DNA of 64,000 bases from Phycisphaerae bacterium. GTDB taxonomy: Bacteria > Planctomycetota > Phycisphaerae > UBA1845 > Fen-1342. How positions within the stretch are numbered: the first letter of the stretch is position 1; each line of letters starts with the position of its first letter. The DNA lies in assembly GCA_050115495.1 (NCBI GenBank), contig JASFQK010000009.1:32001-96000 (forward strand), read 5' to 3'. The notes beneath the pieces are model-generated. The model ran no database searches and was not told where the DNA came from. It saw nothing but the letters and a program-made list of their open reading frames with translations. This document shows, piece by piece, positions 1 through 9,673 of this stretch. Made by a program: the position numbers and the translations under genes.

Positions 1-216
1 GAGTGCCGGCGACGGGAATTGGCCCGCGGCCACGAGACGGTGGCGACCGCGTACGGCCCGATCCGCGTGAAGGTCGGGCGGCTGGCGGGCACGCTCGTGC
101 AGGCCTGGCCGGAATACGAGGATTGCGCCGCAGCCGCCCGGGAGCACGAAACGGCTCTGCGGACGGTGCAGCAGGAAGCGCTACGGGTCTGGAAGCTGGG
201 TGATGATGCTCGGTGA
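1..216 (+). CDS. larC: C-terminal end of nickel pincer cofactor biosynthesis protein LarC-like (5' truncated by window)
   Basis: Translation TVATAYGPIRVKVG...PEYEDCAAAARE matches the typical LarC C-terminal motif (T.YG.VRVK...PEYEDC). Confidence 0.75.
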   Translation, partial: ECRRRELARGHETVATAYGPIRVKVGRLAGTLVQAWPEYEDCAAAAREHETALRTVQQEALRVWKLGDDAR

Positions 217-826
217 GGCGATCACGTTCGAAAACGGGATGCTGTTCCTCGCGGGCGCGCTCTCCCTCACGTTCTTCTCGCTCCGCTGGGTGCGACGCAA
301 CCAGCGGCGCGTGGCGGCGTCGGCGGAGCATTCGCGCGACGAGCTGCGCACCCTCCGCGAACAGGCCGCCCTGCCCTCCACCATGAGCGAATTGATGGTG
401 CAGCTCGAGGAGTTCTCCCGGCGAATCAACGCCCAGCTCGATACGAAGTTCGCCCGGCTCGAAACGGTCGTGCGCGACGCGGACGACCGCATCGCCAAGC
501 TGAAGCAGTTGCTCACGCAGCTCGGCGAAGCTCCGCCGCAGGCCGTCCGGAAAGCGCCGCCGGCCGCACGGGCGCCCCGTTCGGAAGTACGTCCGGCGAC
601 CGACAACGATGCCCCGCCGAAGCGACCGGCGCCCCCCGCCGCAGCGCCGCCGGCGAAGCCGTCAGCCGACCCCGTCGCCGTCAATCCTGACCTGCTGCCG
701 CGACACGAGACGGCACAGCGTGTGTACGCCCTCGCCGACCGCGGCGCCACGCCCATCCAGATCGCCGAAGAGACGGACCTGCCACTCGGCGAAGTGGAGC
801 TGCTGCTGAACCTGCGGCAGATGTAG
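200..826 (+). CDS. Hypothetical membrane-anchored coiled-coil protein with C-terminal HTH-like domain (DUF2802/DUF6115-like)
   Basis: N-terminal TM, coiled-coil, Pro/Ala linker, C-terminal VYALADRG...IAEETDLPLGEVELLLNL. Confidence 0.6.
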   Translation: MMMLGEAITFENGMLFLAGALSLTFFSLRWVRRNQRRVAASAEHSRDELRTLREQAALPSTMSELMVQLEEFSRRINAQLDTKFARLETVVRDADDRIAKLKQLLTQLGEAPPQAVRKAPPAARAPRSEVRPATDNDAPPKRPAPPAAAPPAKPSADPVAVNPDLLPRHETAQRVYALADRGATPIQIAEETDLPLGEVELLLNLRQM

Positions 827-940
827 GGATCCCTGCGAAATACCGGCGAACCGCGGAAATAGTGCGAGTTGCGCCCACCGCGTGGTTCTGCGCGTGAACG
901 GCGTTCCCCCGCAACGTGCGATCGGCGGGCCGAGACCGCC

Positions 941-2770
941 CTACGGTTCGGCGTCTTCCGACGCGTCTTCGGCGGCGTCGTCGGAGGGCTCTTCCGCCGG
1001 GGCGGCTGCGCTGGCCGGACGCATCAGGCCGGCGAGGCGCTCGAAGTAGCGCTGGACGGCGGTGTGGTACTGGCGGGGAACGAGGTTCTGATCGATGGCG
1101 TCCTGGGCGTCGCGCTGGGCGGCGTTGACGGCGCTGCGCTCTTCAGCCGTGGCCTGACCGCGCTGCTGCGGGCCGTCGATGAGCATCTGCCCGATGATGG
1201 AGCCGGGCCGCTGCTGCGTCTGGGCCTTAGTCGGCTGGAGATCGTGGGCGACGCGCTCGGCGCCGATGTTGGCGCCGATGCCGCGGCCGTACTGCGGCCC
1301 CTGCGAGCCGACCCGGTTGCCTGGCGGGCCCTGGCAAGACCCGTTGCGGCAGCAGTTGCCCTGGCAGACGTCCTGTCGCAAACTCTGGAGGTCGGCGAGC
1401 TGCGCCTCCAGTTCGTTCATGAGCTGCTCGCTCATTTCGAGTTCGGACATCTGGCCCATGGCGTCGGACAGCGCTGCCGACGCGCACTGGGCATCCGCCG
1501 AGCTGCAGCCGGACTTGCAGCAGCTTTGCATGGCCTGGGCCGCCTGGGACATGCACTTGCAGAGCTTCTGGCACTGCTTGCAAGCCTTCTGCTGCTGCTG
1601 CACCTTCTTGACCAGCTCCTTGATCTGCTCGGGCGTGAGGTTCTTGTTGGAAAGCTGGGCCTGAAGCTGCTTCTCGATGTCCTTGGGGTCCATCTTCTTC
1701 AGAGCTTCGGCCAGTTCGCGAGCCTGCTCGGGCGTGAGGCCGACCTTGTTCTCCAGCTCTTTGCGCAGGTACAGGGCGTCGTCCAACTCGGCCAACTGGT
1801 CGGCCAGACGCTGCATCTGGCTCTGCAACTGCTCGAGGCGCGCGCGGGCGGCGGGGTCGCCCTTGGCGGCGGCCTCCTCGAGTTCCTGCTTCATCTTCTC
1901 CAGCGCGTCGCGGGCGCCCTTGAAGTCGCCGTTGTTCAGGGCCTTGGACAATTCGCTGACGGGATTGTCGCCGGCCTGCGGATCGAGACGGGAAAGCGTG
2001 CGCTGGAGATCGTTCACGGCACCGAGCTGCGGGTCTTCCTTCTGAGCGGCCAGCTTGTCGGCGACGTTGTCGATCTTCTTGACGGCGTCGCGGCGAACGT
2101 CCTGCGGCGTGAGCGTGGCGTGCTCCGGCGTCTCGAGCGCCTCGAGCTCGCGGGCGAGATCGTCGAGGGCCGGATTGTTCTCGGCCATCTCCTTGATGCG
2201 GTTGACGCGGTCCTCAAGCTCCAGGTTGATGGCCGCCCGCTCTTCCTCGGCCTGGGCCCGGCCGATGCCGTCGTTCGCGTTCGGATCGCCGGCCAGCAGA
2301 TCGAGCTGCGGCATGAACAGGGCCAGCAGGACGGCGACGACCACCGTGGCCGCCGACCAGGGCCAGAGCTCCGGGGCCCGATAACGCAAATGCGAAGGAA
2401 CGTGCACGCGGCCGGCGGCACGCTCGGCGTCGGCGATCACGGCCCTCGCAAACGGGTCGGGGCTCGCCCCCATGGCCCACGCGGAGCTTAACCGCTCTCG
2501 CAGACCCGCCGCCTCGTCAATCGCCACCGCCGCCTGCAACGGTGCCACCCGTCCGACAGCCGTCCCGATGATGGCGATCAGCACAAACGCCCCAGCGGCC
2601 GCCCACATCGCCGGCATGACCGGAATGCCCAGGGCAAACAGCCGTTCGACGAGCAGGACCAGCGCCCACGTACCGGACGCGATCAGCAAGCCGATCGCGG
2701 CACGGTGCATGAAGACGTTCGTAGTCAGCCGCCGAGAAGCCCGAGCGATCTGTTGACGGAGCACGGACAT
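941..2770 (-). CDS. Hypothetical membrane-anchored coiled-coil protein with Cys-rich segment
   Basis: 609 aa ORF; about 3 N-terminal TM segments, long heptad-rich region, VPRQY...V.RYF C-terminal motif. Confidence 0.7.
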   Translation of the reverse strand: MSVLRQQIARASRRLTTNVFMHRAAIGLLIASGTWALVLLVERLFALGIPVMPAMWAAAGAFVLIAIIGTAVGRVAPLQAAVAIDEAAGLRERLSSAWAMGASPDPFARAVIADAERAAGRVHVPSHLRYRAPELWPWSAATVVVAVLLALFMPQLDLLAGDPNANDGIGRAQAEEERAAINLELEDRVNRIKEMAENNPALDDLARELEALETPEHATLTPQDVRRDAVKKIDNVADKLAAQKEDPQLGAVNDLQRTLSRLDPQAGDNPVSELSKALNNGDFKGARDALEKMKQELEEAAAKGDPAARARLEQLQSQMQRLADQLAELDDALYLRKELENKVGLTPEQARELAEALKKMDPKDIEKQLQAQLSNKNLTPEQIKELVKKVQQQQKACKQCQKLCKCMSQAAQAMQSCCKSGCSSADAQCASAALSDAMGQMSELEMSEQLMNELEAQLADLQSLRQDVCQGNCCRNGSCQGPPGNRVGSQGPQYGRGIGANIGAERVAHDLQPTKAQTQQRPGSIIGQMLIDGPQQRGQATAEERSAVNAAQRDAQDAIDQNLVPRQYHTAVQRYFERLAGLMRPASAAAPAEEPSDDAAEDASEDAEP

Positions 2771-2842
2771 GGTGAACCCTCGCCTGACGGCACGATGCCA
2801 CTGGTGGCTTGTCCACCAGTGCGATAGCTACCCGGCCAACGA

Positions 2843-2920
2843 CGGCCGACACGGAGGTCGGCCGCTACGGACGTCCGGTATGGAGCCCGGACGCTACGAA
2901 TGACCGGTACGGACCGCTAC
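2843..2920. repeat. REP-like palindrome cluster (2 intact + 1 degenerate unit, each ending CTAC)
   Basis: cggccgacacggaggtcggccg-ctac (2843-2868), cgtccggtatggagcccggacg-ctac (2872-2897), degenerate unit to 2920; CTAC is GTAG on the other strand. Confidence 0.75.
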
Positions 2921-3030
2921 GGGCGGGGATGCACCCCCACCACCCACATAGTAGATCGGCCCAGCGTCCATCTCAATTGGATTCGGCCGGGACCGGGAAT
3001 GTTCCCGGGAAATCCCTATCATGACCGCCG

Positions 3031-3939
3031 GTGGCAGGTATGAGCGAGGCAGCACGCGCCAGGTTGTGGATCGGACCGTCCGGGTGGAGCTATGACGATT
3101 GGTCCGGCGTCGTCTACCCGCAACGGAAACCTCGCGGGTTCAAGCCGCTGGCGCATATCGCCCGCTACTTCAACGCCGTCGAGGTCAACAGCAGCTTCTA
3201 CCGCATCCCCATGGCGCGGATGACGGCGGCGTGGGTGCCGCTCGTGCCGGCGGATTTCCGGTTCGCGTTCAAGCTGACCCAGATCTTCACGCACGAGCGC
3301 GGGAGCTTCCCGGATCGCCCGGAAGTGGACGCCTTCACGGCGGCGCTCGAACCCATCCGCGAGGCCGACCGGCTGGGGCCCCTGCTGATGCAGTTCCCGT
3401 GGTCGTTCCGGTTCACGCCGGTGGCGGTGGACTGGCTGCGGCGGCTGGCGGAAGCGTTCCCGCAATTCGACCGGTTCGTCGAGGTGCGGCATGCGTCGTG
3501 GGCGACGCCGGAAGCGCTGGCCGTGCTGGCCGAGGTCGGCGGATACTGCAACATCGACCAGCCGCGGCTGCGTGATTGTCTCGGACCGACCGGGCACGTG
3601 CTCGGCCGCGACGCGTACGTTCGGCTGCACGGGCGGAACGCGCGGAGCTGGTTCGCGGAGAACGTACCGAGCTACGAGCGGTACAACTACCTGTACACGG
3701 ACGCGGAGCTGCGCGAGTGGGTGGAGCGGATCGAGGCAATCTGCGCCAAGGCGGAAAGCGCGTACGTGTTCGCGAACAACCACTTCCGCGGCCAGGGGCC
3801 GGTGAACGCGCTGGAGCTGCGGGCGCTGCTGGAAGGCCGACAGGTGGCGGTGCCGGAGAAGTTGCTGGAGGCGTACCCGCGCCTCCGCGAGATCGCCCTC
3901 CCGCCGGCGGAACCGGGATTGCCGTTCGGACCGGCGTAA
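3031..3939 (+). CDS. DUF72 (YecE/YunF-like) protein
   Basis: IGPSGWSYDDW, VEVNSSFYRIP, YVRLHGRN, RYNYLY and FANNH motifs; the start may be ATG 3040. Confidence 0.9.
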   Translation: MAGMSEAARARLWIGPSGWSYDDWSGVVYPQRKPRGFKPLAHIARYFNAVEVNSSFYRIPMARMTAAWVPLVPADFRFAFKLTQIFTHERGSFPDRPEVDAFTAALEPIREADRLGPLLMQFPWSFRFTPVAVDWLRRLAEAFPQFDRFVEVRHASWATPEALAVLAEVGGYCNIDQPRLRDCLGPTGHVLGRDAYVRLHGRNARSWFAENVPSYERYNYLYTDAELREWVERIEAICAKAESAYVFANNHFRGQGPVNALELRALLEGRQVAVPEKLLEAYPRLREIALPPAEPGLPFGPA

Positions 3940-3965
3940 GCGTGCGTGGCGTTTCGCGCATTCGA

Positions 3966-4080
3966 CGTCGGCCACGGGGGGCCGACGCTACGGAAGACGT
4001 CCGGTGCGGAGCCCGGACGCCACAGGGACGGCCGGCACGGAGACCGGCCGCTACCGTCCGGTGCGGAGCTCGGGCGCTAT
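3966..4080. repeat. REP-like palindrome array (4 units, same family as 2843-2920)
   Basis: Units at 3966-3991, 3998-4023, 4029-4054 and 4055-4080; each is a 22-nt hairpin followed by CTAC, CCAC or CTAT. Confidence 0.8.
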
Positions 4081-5348
4081 ACGCCGCGGAGGGTGTGACC
4101 CATCTTGCGTTTCTTGGCTTCGAGGTAGCGGCGGTTCTCGTCGGTCGCGGCGACTTCCAGCGGAAGCTGCTGCACGACGTGCAGGCCGTACACCTCGAGG
4201 CGGCTGATCTTCTTGGGGTTGTTCGTCAGGATCCGCACCTCGGACAGGCCCAGGTCGCGCAGGATTTGCGCCCCGATGCCATAGTCTCGGCGATCCGCAG
4301 GGAAACCCATCGCCTCGTTCGCCTCGACCGTGTCCAAGCCGCCGTCCTGGAGGCGGTAGGCGTGCAGCTTGTTGACCAGGCCGATGCCGCGGCCCTCCTG
4401 GCGAAGGTAAACGAGCACGCCGCGGCCCTCGCGGGCAATCATCTCCATCGCACCGCGAAGCTGCTGGCCGCACTCGCACCGCAGCGAGCCGAACACGTCG
4501 CCGGTGAGACACTCGGAATGGACGCGGGCCAGCACGGGCTCGCTGACCGGGCGGACGGAGCCGTCGGCGTCGAGGTCGCCGATGCCGCCGTAGCAAAGGG
4601 CGACATGCTCTTCGCGGTCGGCCTGCGAGCGGTAGGCAATGAGCAGCCACTCGCCAAACTCGTTGCGCAGCGGGACGGTTTCGACGCGTTCGACGAGACG
4701 CTCGCGGCGCATGCGATATTCGATAAGGTCGGCAACGGTGCACATCTTGAGGCCGTGTTCGCCACAGAAGCGGGTCAGTTCGGGCACGCGGGCCATGGTG
4801 CCGTCGTCGTTGAGGATCTCGATGAGGACGGCGCCAGGCAACAGGCCGGCAAGACGGCAGAGATCGACCGAACCTTCGGTCTGACCGGCGCGGACGAGGA
4901 CGCCGCCGTCACGAGCGATCAGCGGATTCACGTGGCCGGGGCGAACGAAATCCTCGGGGACGGCCTCTTCGGCGACGGCGTGGCGGATGGTGGCGGCCCG
5001 GTCCCAGGCGGACACGCCGGTGGTGACGCCGAGGTGCGGGGCGCCGTCGACGGTCACGGTGAAAGCGGTTCCGAGCCGGGTGGTGTTCACGGGCACCTGC
5101 GGCTGGAAGTGCAGGCGTTCACAGCGGCTGTGGGTCAGGGGGATGCAGAGCGTCCCACGGCCGTAGCGGAGCATGAAGTTGATCTTCTCCGGCGTGATGG
5201 ACTGGGCGGCGCAAACGAGGTCGCCCTCGTTCTCGCGGTCCTTATCGTCGACGAGGACGATGAGGCGGCCCTGGCGAAGCTCTTCGAGGATCTCGTCGAT
5301 AGGGCTAAAGGGGCCCGCGGCGCCGGCCGGGGTCTCGTTCTGAGGCAT
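4077..5348 (-). CDS. ribBA: Bifunctional 3,4-dihydroxy-2-butanone-4-phosphate synthase / GTP cyclohydrolase II
   Basis: DRENEGDL, RPGHVNPL, RAGQTEG, RVHSECLTGDVFGSLRCECG, QEGRGIGL and TNNPKK motifs; start at MPQNET (5348). Confidence 0.95.
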   Translation of the reverse strand: MPQNETPAGAAGPFSPIDEILEELRQGRLIVLVDDKDRENEGDLVCAAQSITPEKINFMLRYGRGTLCIPLTHSRCERLHFQPQVPVNTTRLGTAFTVTVDGAPHLGVTTGVSAWDRAATIRHAVAEEAVPEDFVRPGHVNPLIARDGGVLVRAGQTEGSVDLCRLAGLLPGAVLIEILNDDGTMARVPELTRFCGEHGLKMCTVADLIEYRMRRERLVERVETVPLRNEFGEWLLIAYRSQADREEHVALCYGGIGDLDADGSVRPVSEPVLARVHSECLTGDVFGSLRCECGQQLRGAMEMIAREGRGVLVYLRQEGRGIGLVNKLHAYRLQDGGLDTVEANEAMGFPADRRDYGIGAQILRDLGLSEVRILTNNPKKISRLEVYGLHVVQQLPLEVAATDENRRYLEAKKRKMGHTLRGV

Positions 5349-5540
5349 TCTGGTCTCCTGCACATCCCCTCCTGAAGGGTAGCGACTGGCAAACCGGATG
5401 CCAAGCCGGACCGAACGAGGCGGGAAAAGAGGGGACAGCGATCGGAATAGCGGTGCCGGGCCCGGTTTACAGGTTTCACCCGGGACGATAAAATCGAACT
5501 GCGCGCCGTGTTCCGTACGAACGCAATGAGGAGGACCGTC

Positions 5541-5882
5541 ATGGATGATGGCCGAATCGCAAGCGTCGAGTTGTTGCCGCAGCAAGCGCCGAAGGTGCGG
5601 CAGACGCCACTGTGGCACATCGTGCTGCTCGACGACGACGAGCACACGTACGACTACGTGATGGAGATGCTGACCAAGCTCTTCCGTCACGATGCGGACA
5701 CGGCGTATCGGATGGCCTGTGAGGTTGACTCCACTGGGCGCGTGGTTGTGGAGACCACCGTCCTGGAGCGTGCGGAATTCAAACGCGACCAGATCCACGC
5801 CTACGGCAAGGACTGGCGACTGGCTTACTCGCCTGGGTCGATGCGGGCCACGTTGGAACCGGCGAACCCGGCGAGTCCATGA
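5541..5882 (+). CDS. clpS: ATP-dependent Clp protease adaptor ClpS
   Basis: WHIVLLDDDEHTYDYVMEML...AYRMACEVD..GR; RBS AGGAGG upstream of ATG 5541. Confidence 0.85.
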   Translation: MDDGRIASVELLPQQAPKVRQTPLWHIVLLDDDEHTYDYVMEMLTKLFRHDADTAYRMACEVDSTGRVVVETTVLERAEFKRDQIHAYGKDWRLAYSPGSMRATLEPANPASP

Positions 5883-6064
5883 CACGCGGCAGCGGAGGTG
5901 CTCGTGAACAGATCGGCCAAGCGAACCCAGAGGAAACACCGCAAGAACCGCGAGCGCCTCAAGAGAAAGGCCCGCGAACGCCGCGCCGCCGCGAAATAGA
6001 CGGGTTGGACGACCTTCCCCGGGGGGGATATGAACCGGTCACCACAAGCGTGAGGGAGCGTGCC

Positions 6065-8404
6065 ATGGGCGCAGGGCGCCTGTTGCTTTGGGCGGTCATC
6101 GGGCAGATGGTGCTGGCCGGTGTCGGGCCCGGGGCAGCCGGCCAGGACGGCGCGCTACCCACCGCCGAACTCCTGGTCGACCTGGCCCGTGACCACGGCG
6201 TCAACGTCGCCGGACGGCAGTCCCCCGCCGACGTCGTGCACATTGAGACGCTGCTGACGGCGGCCACGCGGCTCGATCCGCAGCTCGCCGAGGCGTATGC
6301 CTGGCTGCACGAATTGGCCGTACTGCGCGGCGATCGCAGCGGAGCGGCGACGGCGGCACGACAACTGCTCGTGGCCGACCCTGCGCACGTCTCTGCGTTC
6401 GACTGCTTCCTCGATGCCGGCCTGGCCGGCGTCAATACGGTCGAGCAACGCCGCGACTGGCTCGACGTTCAGCTCAACTCCTGCCCCGCCCGACCCGACT
6501 TCCAGGCCATGGTGCTCGTCCACGCCGCCCGGCTGGCCGTTTCCTGCATGGATCCGGCGACGGCCCGGTCCCAGGTACGGCGGGCGGTGGCGCTCGATCC
6601 CAACAACCTCGACGCGGCCGCGCTGGATATCCAGCTTCTGGAAGATGGAACACCGCCGGCCGAGCGTCTCCGGTCCCTGTTGCGCTTCCTGCGGCTCAGC
6701 CCGCTGCACATGGACACCACCTGGCAGATCGCCTGCCTGCTGGATAGCTGCGGCTACTACGAAGAGGCCGAGCTGTTCTACGAGCACGCCATCGAGCTGC
6801 ACCGGTTGGCCAACCCGCAAGCCACGCTCCCTGGCGAGTTGCTCATGCAGCTCAGCCGGCACGCCCTGGCCCGCGGCGATCTCGAAGCGGCTGCGCAGCG
6901 AGCCTCCGAAGGCATCAACGCCGACCGCAGCCTGGCCAGCGAAGGCGGCATGTACCTGTACTGGCTGATGCAGGAGCGGGGGCTGGCCAGCCAGGCGGAG
7001 TTCATCGGCCACCAACTGGCCCAGCGCTTCGCCGCCGTACGCGAGCCGGCCGAGTGGTCGGTCAACGAGGTCGCCCAGGCGGCGTGGTATCACTGTACGA
7101 TCGACCCGCAGCCGCAACGGGCCCTGATGCTCGCCGAGAACGCCGCCCAGCGTGCCCCGGACGATGTGTTCGTGACGCGCGTCCTCGGCTGGGCGCAACT
7201 GGCCAACCTCCAGGCCGCGCAGGCCGAGCGGACCCTGATGCCGATCGCCGGCCAGGACGTGTACGCCGCGGCGGCGCTGGCCCGCATCCTGCACGACATG
7301 GGCGAGGTTGAGGCTGCCGACCGCCTGCTGCGTGAGGCCGGCCCGCTGCCCACGATCGGCCCCGTGCGTGACCTGCTCATCGGCTTCGGCGGCGACGCCG
7401 CAGCCTCGCAACCCACGACGCACCGGGACGAAGGCATCCCCGCCATCCTGGCCGAGTTCGATCCGACGGTGCTGGGCTTCTACCGCGAGCCGGCCCAGTT
7501 CGTTGAAGCGTCGATCAGCGTGCCTCGCCCCGCCGTGAGCCCGGGCGAACCGTGGTGGCTCGAATTCAAGCTGACCAACCGGGCGAGCTTCCCCATCACG
7601 CTCGGACCGAACGGGATGATCAACCCCGTCTTCCTGGTCTCGATCGACATGGAAGGCGACCGCGCCCGCAGCTATCCGTACCTGCTCAACATCAACCTCA
7701 CCGAGCGGCGTGTGCTGCTGCCGGGCGAGACGGTGCAGATGCGCCGGACAATCGACAGCGGTCCGCCGCGGCTGGCCTCGCGCCTGACGCCGCAACAGAT
7801 CCAGCGCGTTACCGTGCGGGCGATCCTCGACCCCGTCGCCACCCCGGACGGCAAGTGGCAGCCGGGCCTCGGCGGTCAGAAGCTGGGCCCGGTGTACTTC
7901 AACCGGCTGCCCGCGGGAACGACGCGCGAAGCGTTGCGAGCGGTGCTGGCGGCTTTCCGCGGCACTTCGGACACGGTCCGTTTCGGGGCGGTCGAGGCCA
8001 TCGCCGAACTGCTCGGCGAAAGCCAGCGAGCCACCTTTACAAAACTTAACTACCGGCCGGAAGCGGTACCGAATGACCGGCTGGGTGAGGCGCTGCTGGC
8101 CGGGTTGCGGGCCGAGTCGTGGGAACTGCGAGCACGGACGCTGGACGCGCTCCAGGTCGCGGGACTGGACGCCACGCTGCTCGGCGCGGTGGACGAGTGC
8201 CTGAAACATCCGCACTGGCTGGTGCGGCTGATGTCGGTGCGGCTGCTGGGGATGCGACAGGGTCCGGCCGCGGCCGAGAAGCTCCGGCCACTGGTCGAAG
8301 GCGACGAGGACATGCTCGTCCGCAGCCTCTCCGGCGCGTTCCTGAGTTCGTGGACCACCTCACCGCCGACGAGCCAGCCGGCCGAGAGCGAGCCGAACGA
8401 CTGA
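6065..8404 (+). CDS. Secreted TPR-like / HEAT-repeat protein
   Basis: Signal-peptide-like N-terminus, helical repeats (A..LDP.., A...AP.D), C-terminal HEAT-like WELRARTL/HWLVRLM; the start is inferred. Confidence 0.65.
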   Translation: MGAGRLLLWAVIGQMVLAGVGPGAAGQDGALPTAELLVDLARDHGVNVAGRQSPADVVHIETLLTAATRLDPQLAEAYAWLHELAVLRGDRSGAATAARQLLVADPAHVSAFDCFLDAGLAGVNTVEQRRDWLDVQLNSCPARPDFQAMVLVHAARLAVSCMDPATARSQVRRAVALDPNNLDAAALDIQLLEDGTPPAERLRSLLRFLRLSPLHMDTTWQIACLLDSCGYYEEAELFYEHAIELHRLANPQATLPGELLMQLSRHALARGDLEAAAQRASEGINADRSLASEGGMYLYWLMQERGLASQAEFIGHQLAQRFAAVREPAEWSVNEVAQAAWYHCTIDPQPQRALMLAENAAQRAPDDVFVTRVLGWAQLANLQAAQAERTLMPIAGQDVYAAAALARILHDMGEVEAADRLLREAGPLPTIGPVRDLLIGFGGDAAASQPTTHRDEGIPAILAEFDPTVLGFYREPAQFVEASISVPRPAVSPGEPWWLEFKLTNRASFPITLGPNGMINPVFLVSIDMEGDRARSYPYLLNINLTERRVLLPGETVQMRRTIDSGPPRLASRLTPQQIQRVTVRAILDPVATPDGKWQPGLGGQKLGPVYFNRLPAGTTREALRAVLAAFRGTSDTVRFGAVEAIAELLGESQRATFTKLNYRPEAVPNDRLGEALLAGLRAESWELRARTLDALQVAGLDATLLGAVDECLKHPHWLVRLMSVRLLGMRQGPAAAEKLRPLVEGDEDMLVRSLSGAFLSSWTTSPPTSQPAESEPND

Positions 8405-8580
8405 CCGATCGGCGACGCTGAAGACGGGGCGAACGAACTTCCGATAAGTAGAGACGACCTGTCATGCGCTCGTCGGCGTCATTGACGCCAACCCGCGGCA
8501 GGTGGTAAATACCCGGTTCGGCACGGGGCGCGGCCCGTGCGAAAGGTGTCTTCGCCGACGAGGGGATAGCGGGAGCAGCC

Positions 8581-9582
8581 GTGTCCAGACGAACCATAGG
8601 CAGGCGTTGGATGCTCGTGACCTGCACAGCGGTGCTGGTCTGCACCGGGTGTACGCTCACGCGTGAGCAGGCGCGGGTCCGACTGGCCCAGGGCGACGCG
8701 GCCCTGGCAGCGAGGAACGTCGAGCTCGCCGTCGCCGAGTTCCGCGAAGCGGTCGCCCTCGATCCCAACTACGCCGACGCGCACACAAAACTCGGCCAGG
8801 CCTACCGCGAGGCGGGCGACCTGGGCCGGGCCGCCGACGAGCTGAAGACGGCGGTGCGGCTGAGCCCGCGCGACTTCGTGCCCGTGTTCGAGCTCGGCGA
8901 GGTGTACCGTCTGCTCGATCGGCTCGCGCAAGCCATCAGCGCCTACGTGATCGCCTGCGAGATACAGCCGGAGAACTTCGACGCCCGCGCCCGGCTGGCC
9001 GACTGCTACTACCGATCCGGTGATCTCGGGGCCGCCGCGGAAGCCTACGACGCCGCCCTCAGGCTGAACGACACCGACGCCCGCTGCTGGAGCAACCTCG
9101 GCGCCGTATATCACATGCAGAGCAAACCGTACGAGGCGATCCGGGCGTACAAGCGGGCCCTCGAACGCGGCTCGCCGCAGCCGGCCGTGCTGGTCAACCT
9201 CGCCACCGTGTACCTCCAGCAGGAGCGCTGGACCACGGCGCACCGAGCCCTGCTCCGGGCCATCGACCTCGACCCCAGACTGTCCGCCGCCCACGAGCGG
9301 CTGGGCTACTGCCTCTGGCGGCAGGAGCTGTACGACGACGCCGCCCGCGAATATCGGCAGGCCATCGACCTCGACGCCCGCAACGCCGCCGCTCACGCCG
9401 GCCTCGGCGTCGTGCGCATGACGCAGTACCTCAACGAGCCGGCAACGGTAGCCTTTCGCAACGAAGCCGTCGAATCGTGGCACATCAGCCTCGAACTCAA
9501 CCCTGACCAGCCCAAGCTGCGCAGCCTGCTGGAAAAGTATCGGCCCAAGCAGCAGCAGCCGACGCTGACGTACGAGCCATAG
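8581..9582 (+). CDS. TPR-repeat protein, probable lipoprotein
   Basis: Several canonical TPRs (AVALDPNYADAHTKLG, WSNLGAVY, AIDLDP); lipobox-like VCTGC. Confidence 0.85.
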   Translation: MSRRTIGRRWMLVTCTAVLVCTGCTLTREQARVRLAQGDAALAARNVELAVAEFREAVALDPNYADAHTKLGQAYREAGDLGRAADELKTAVRLSPRDFVPVFELGEVYRLLDRLAQAISAYVIACEIQPENFDARARLADCYYRSGDLGAAAEAYDAALRLNDTDARCWSNLGAVYHMQSKPYEAIRAYKRALERGSPQPAVLVNLATVYLQQERWTTAHRALLRAIDLDPRLSAAHERLGYCLWRQELYDDAAREYRQAIDLDARNAAAHAGLGVVRMTQYLNEPATVAFRNEAVESWHISLELNPDQPKLRSLLEKYRPKQQQPTLTYEP

Positions 9583-9673
9583 ACCGCGACGACCGGGCGA
9601 CCGCCCCGCCGCGGTTGGCGTGAGCGTGGGAACGCCTAAGATAGGGGTGGAGTTCGGGCACGGAGTTGCGAGC

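Noticed and set aside
3966..4080. Possible mini-CRISPR array
   Set aside because: Units are separated by only 0-6 nt, vary in sequence with stem compensation, have no unique ~30-nt spacers, and no cas genes are present. REP-like is the better fit.
5349..5540. FMN riboswitch upstream of ribBA
   Set aside because: No RFN consensus (e.g. AGGGCGGGGUGAAAUUCCC..CCG) is visible, and the gap to divergent clpS is short.
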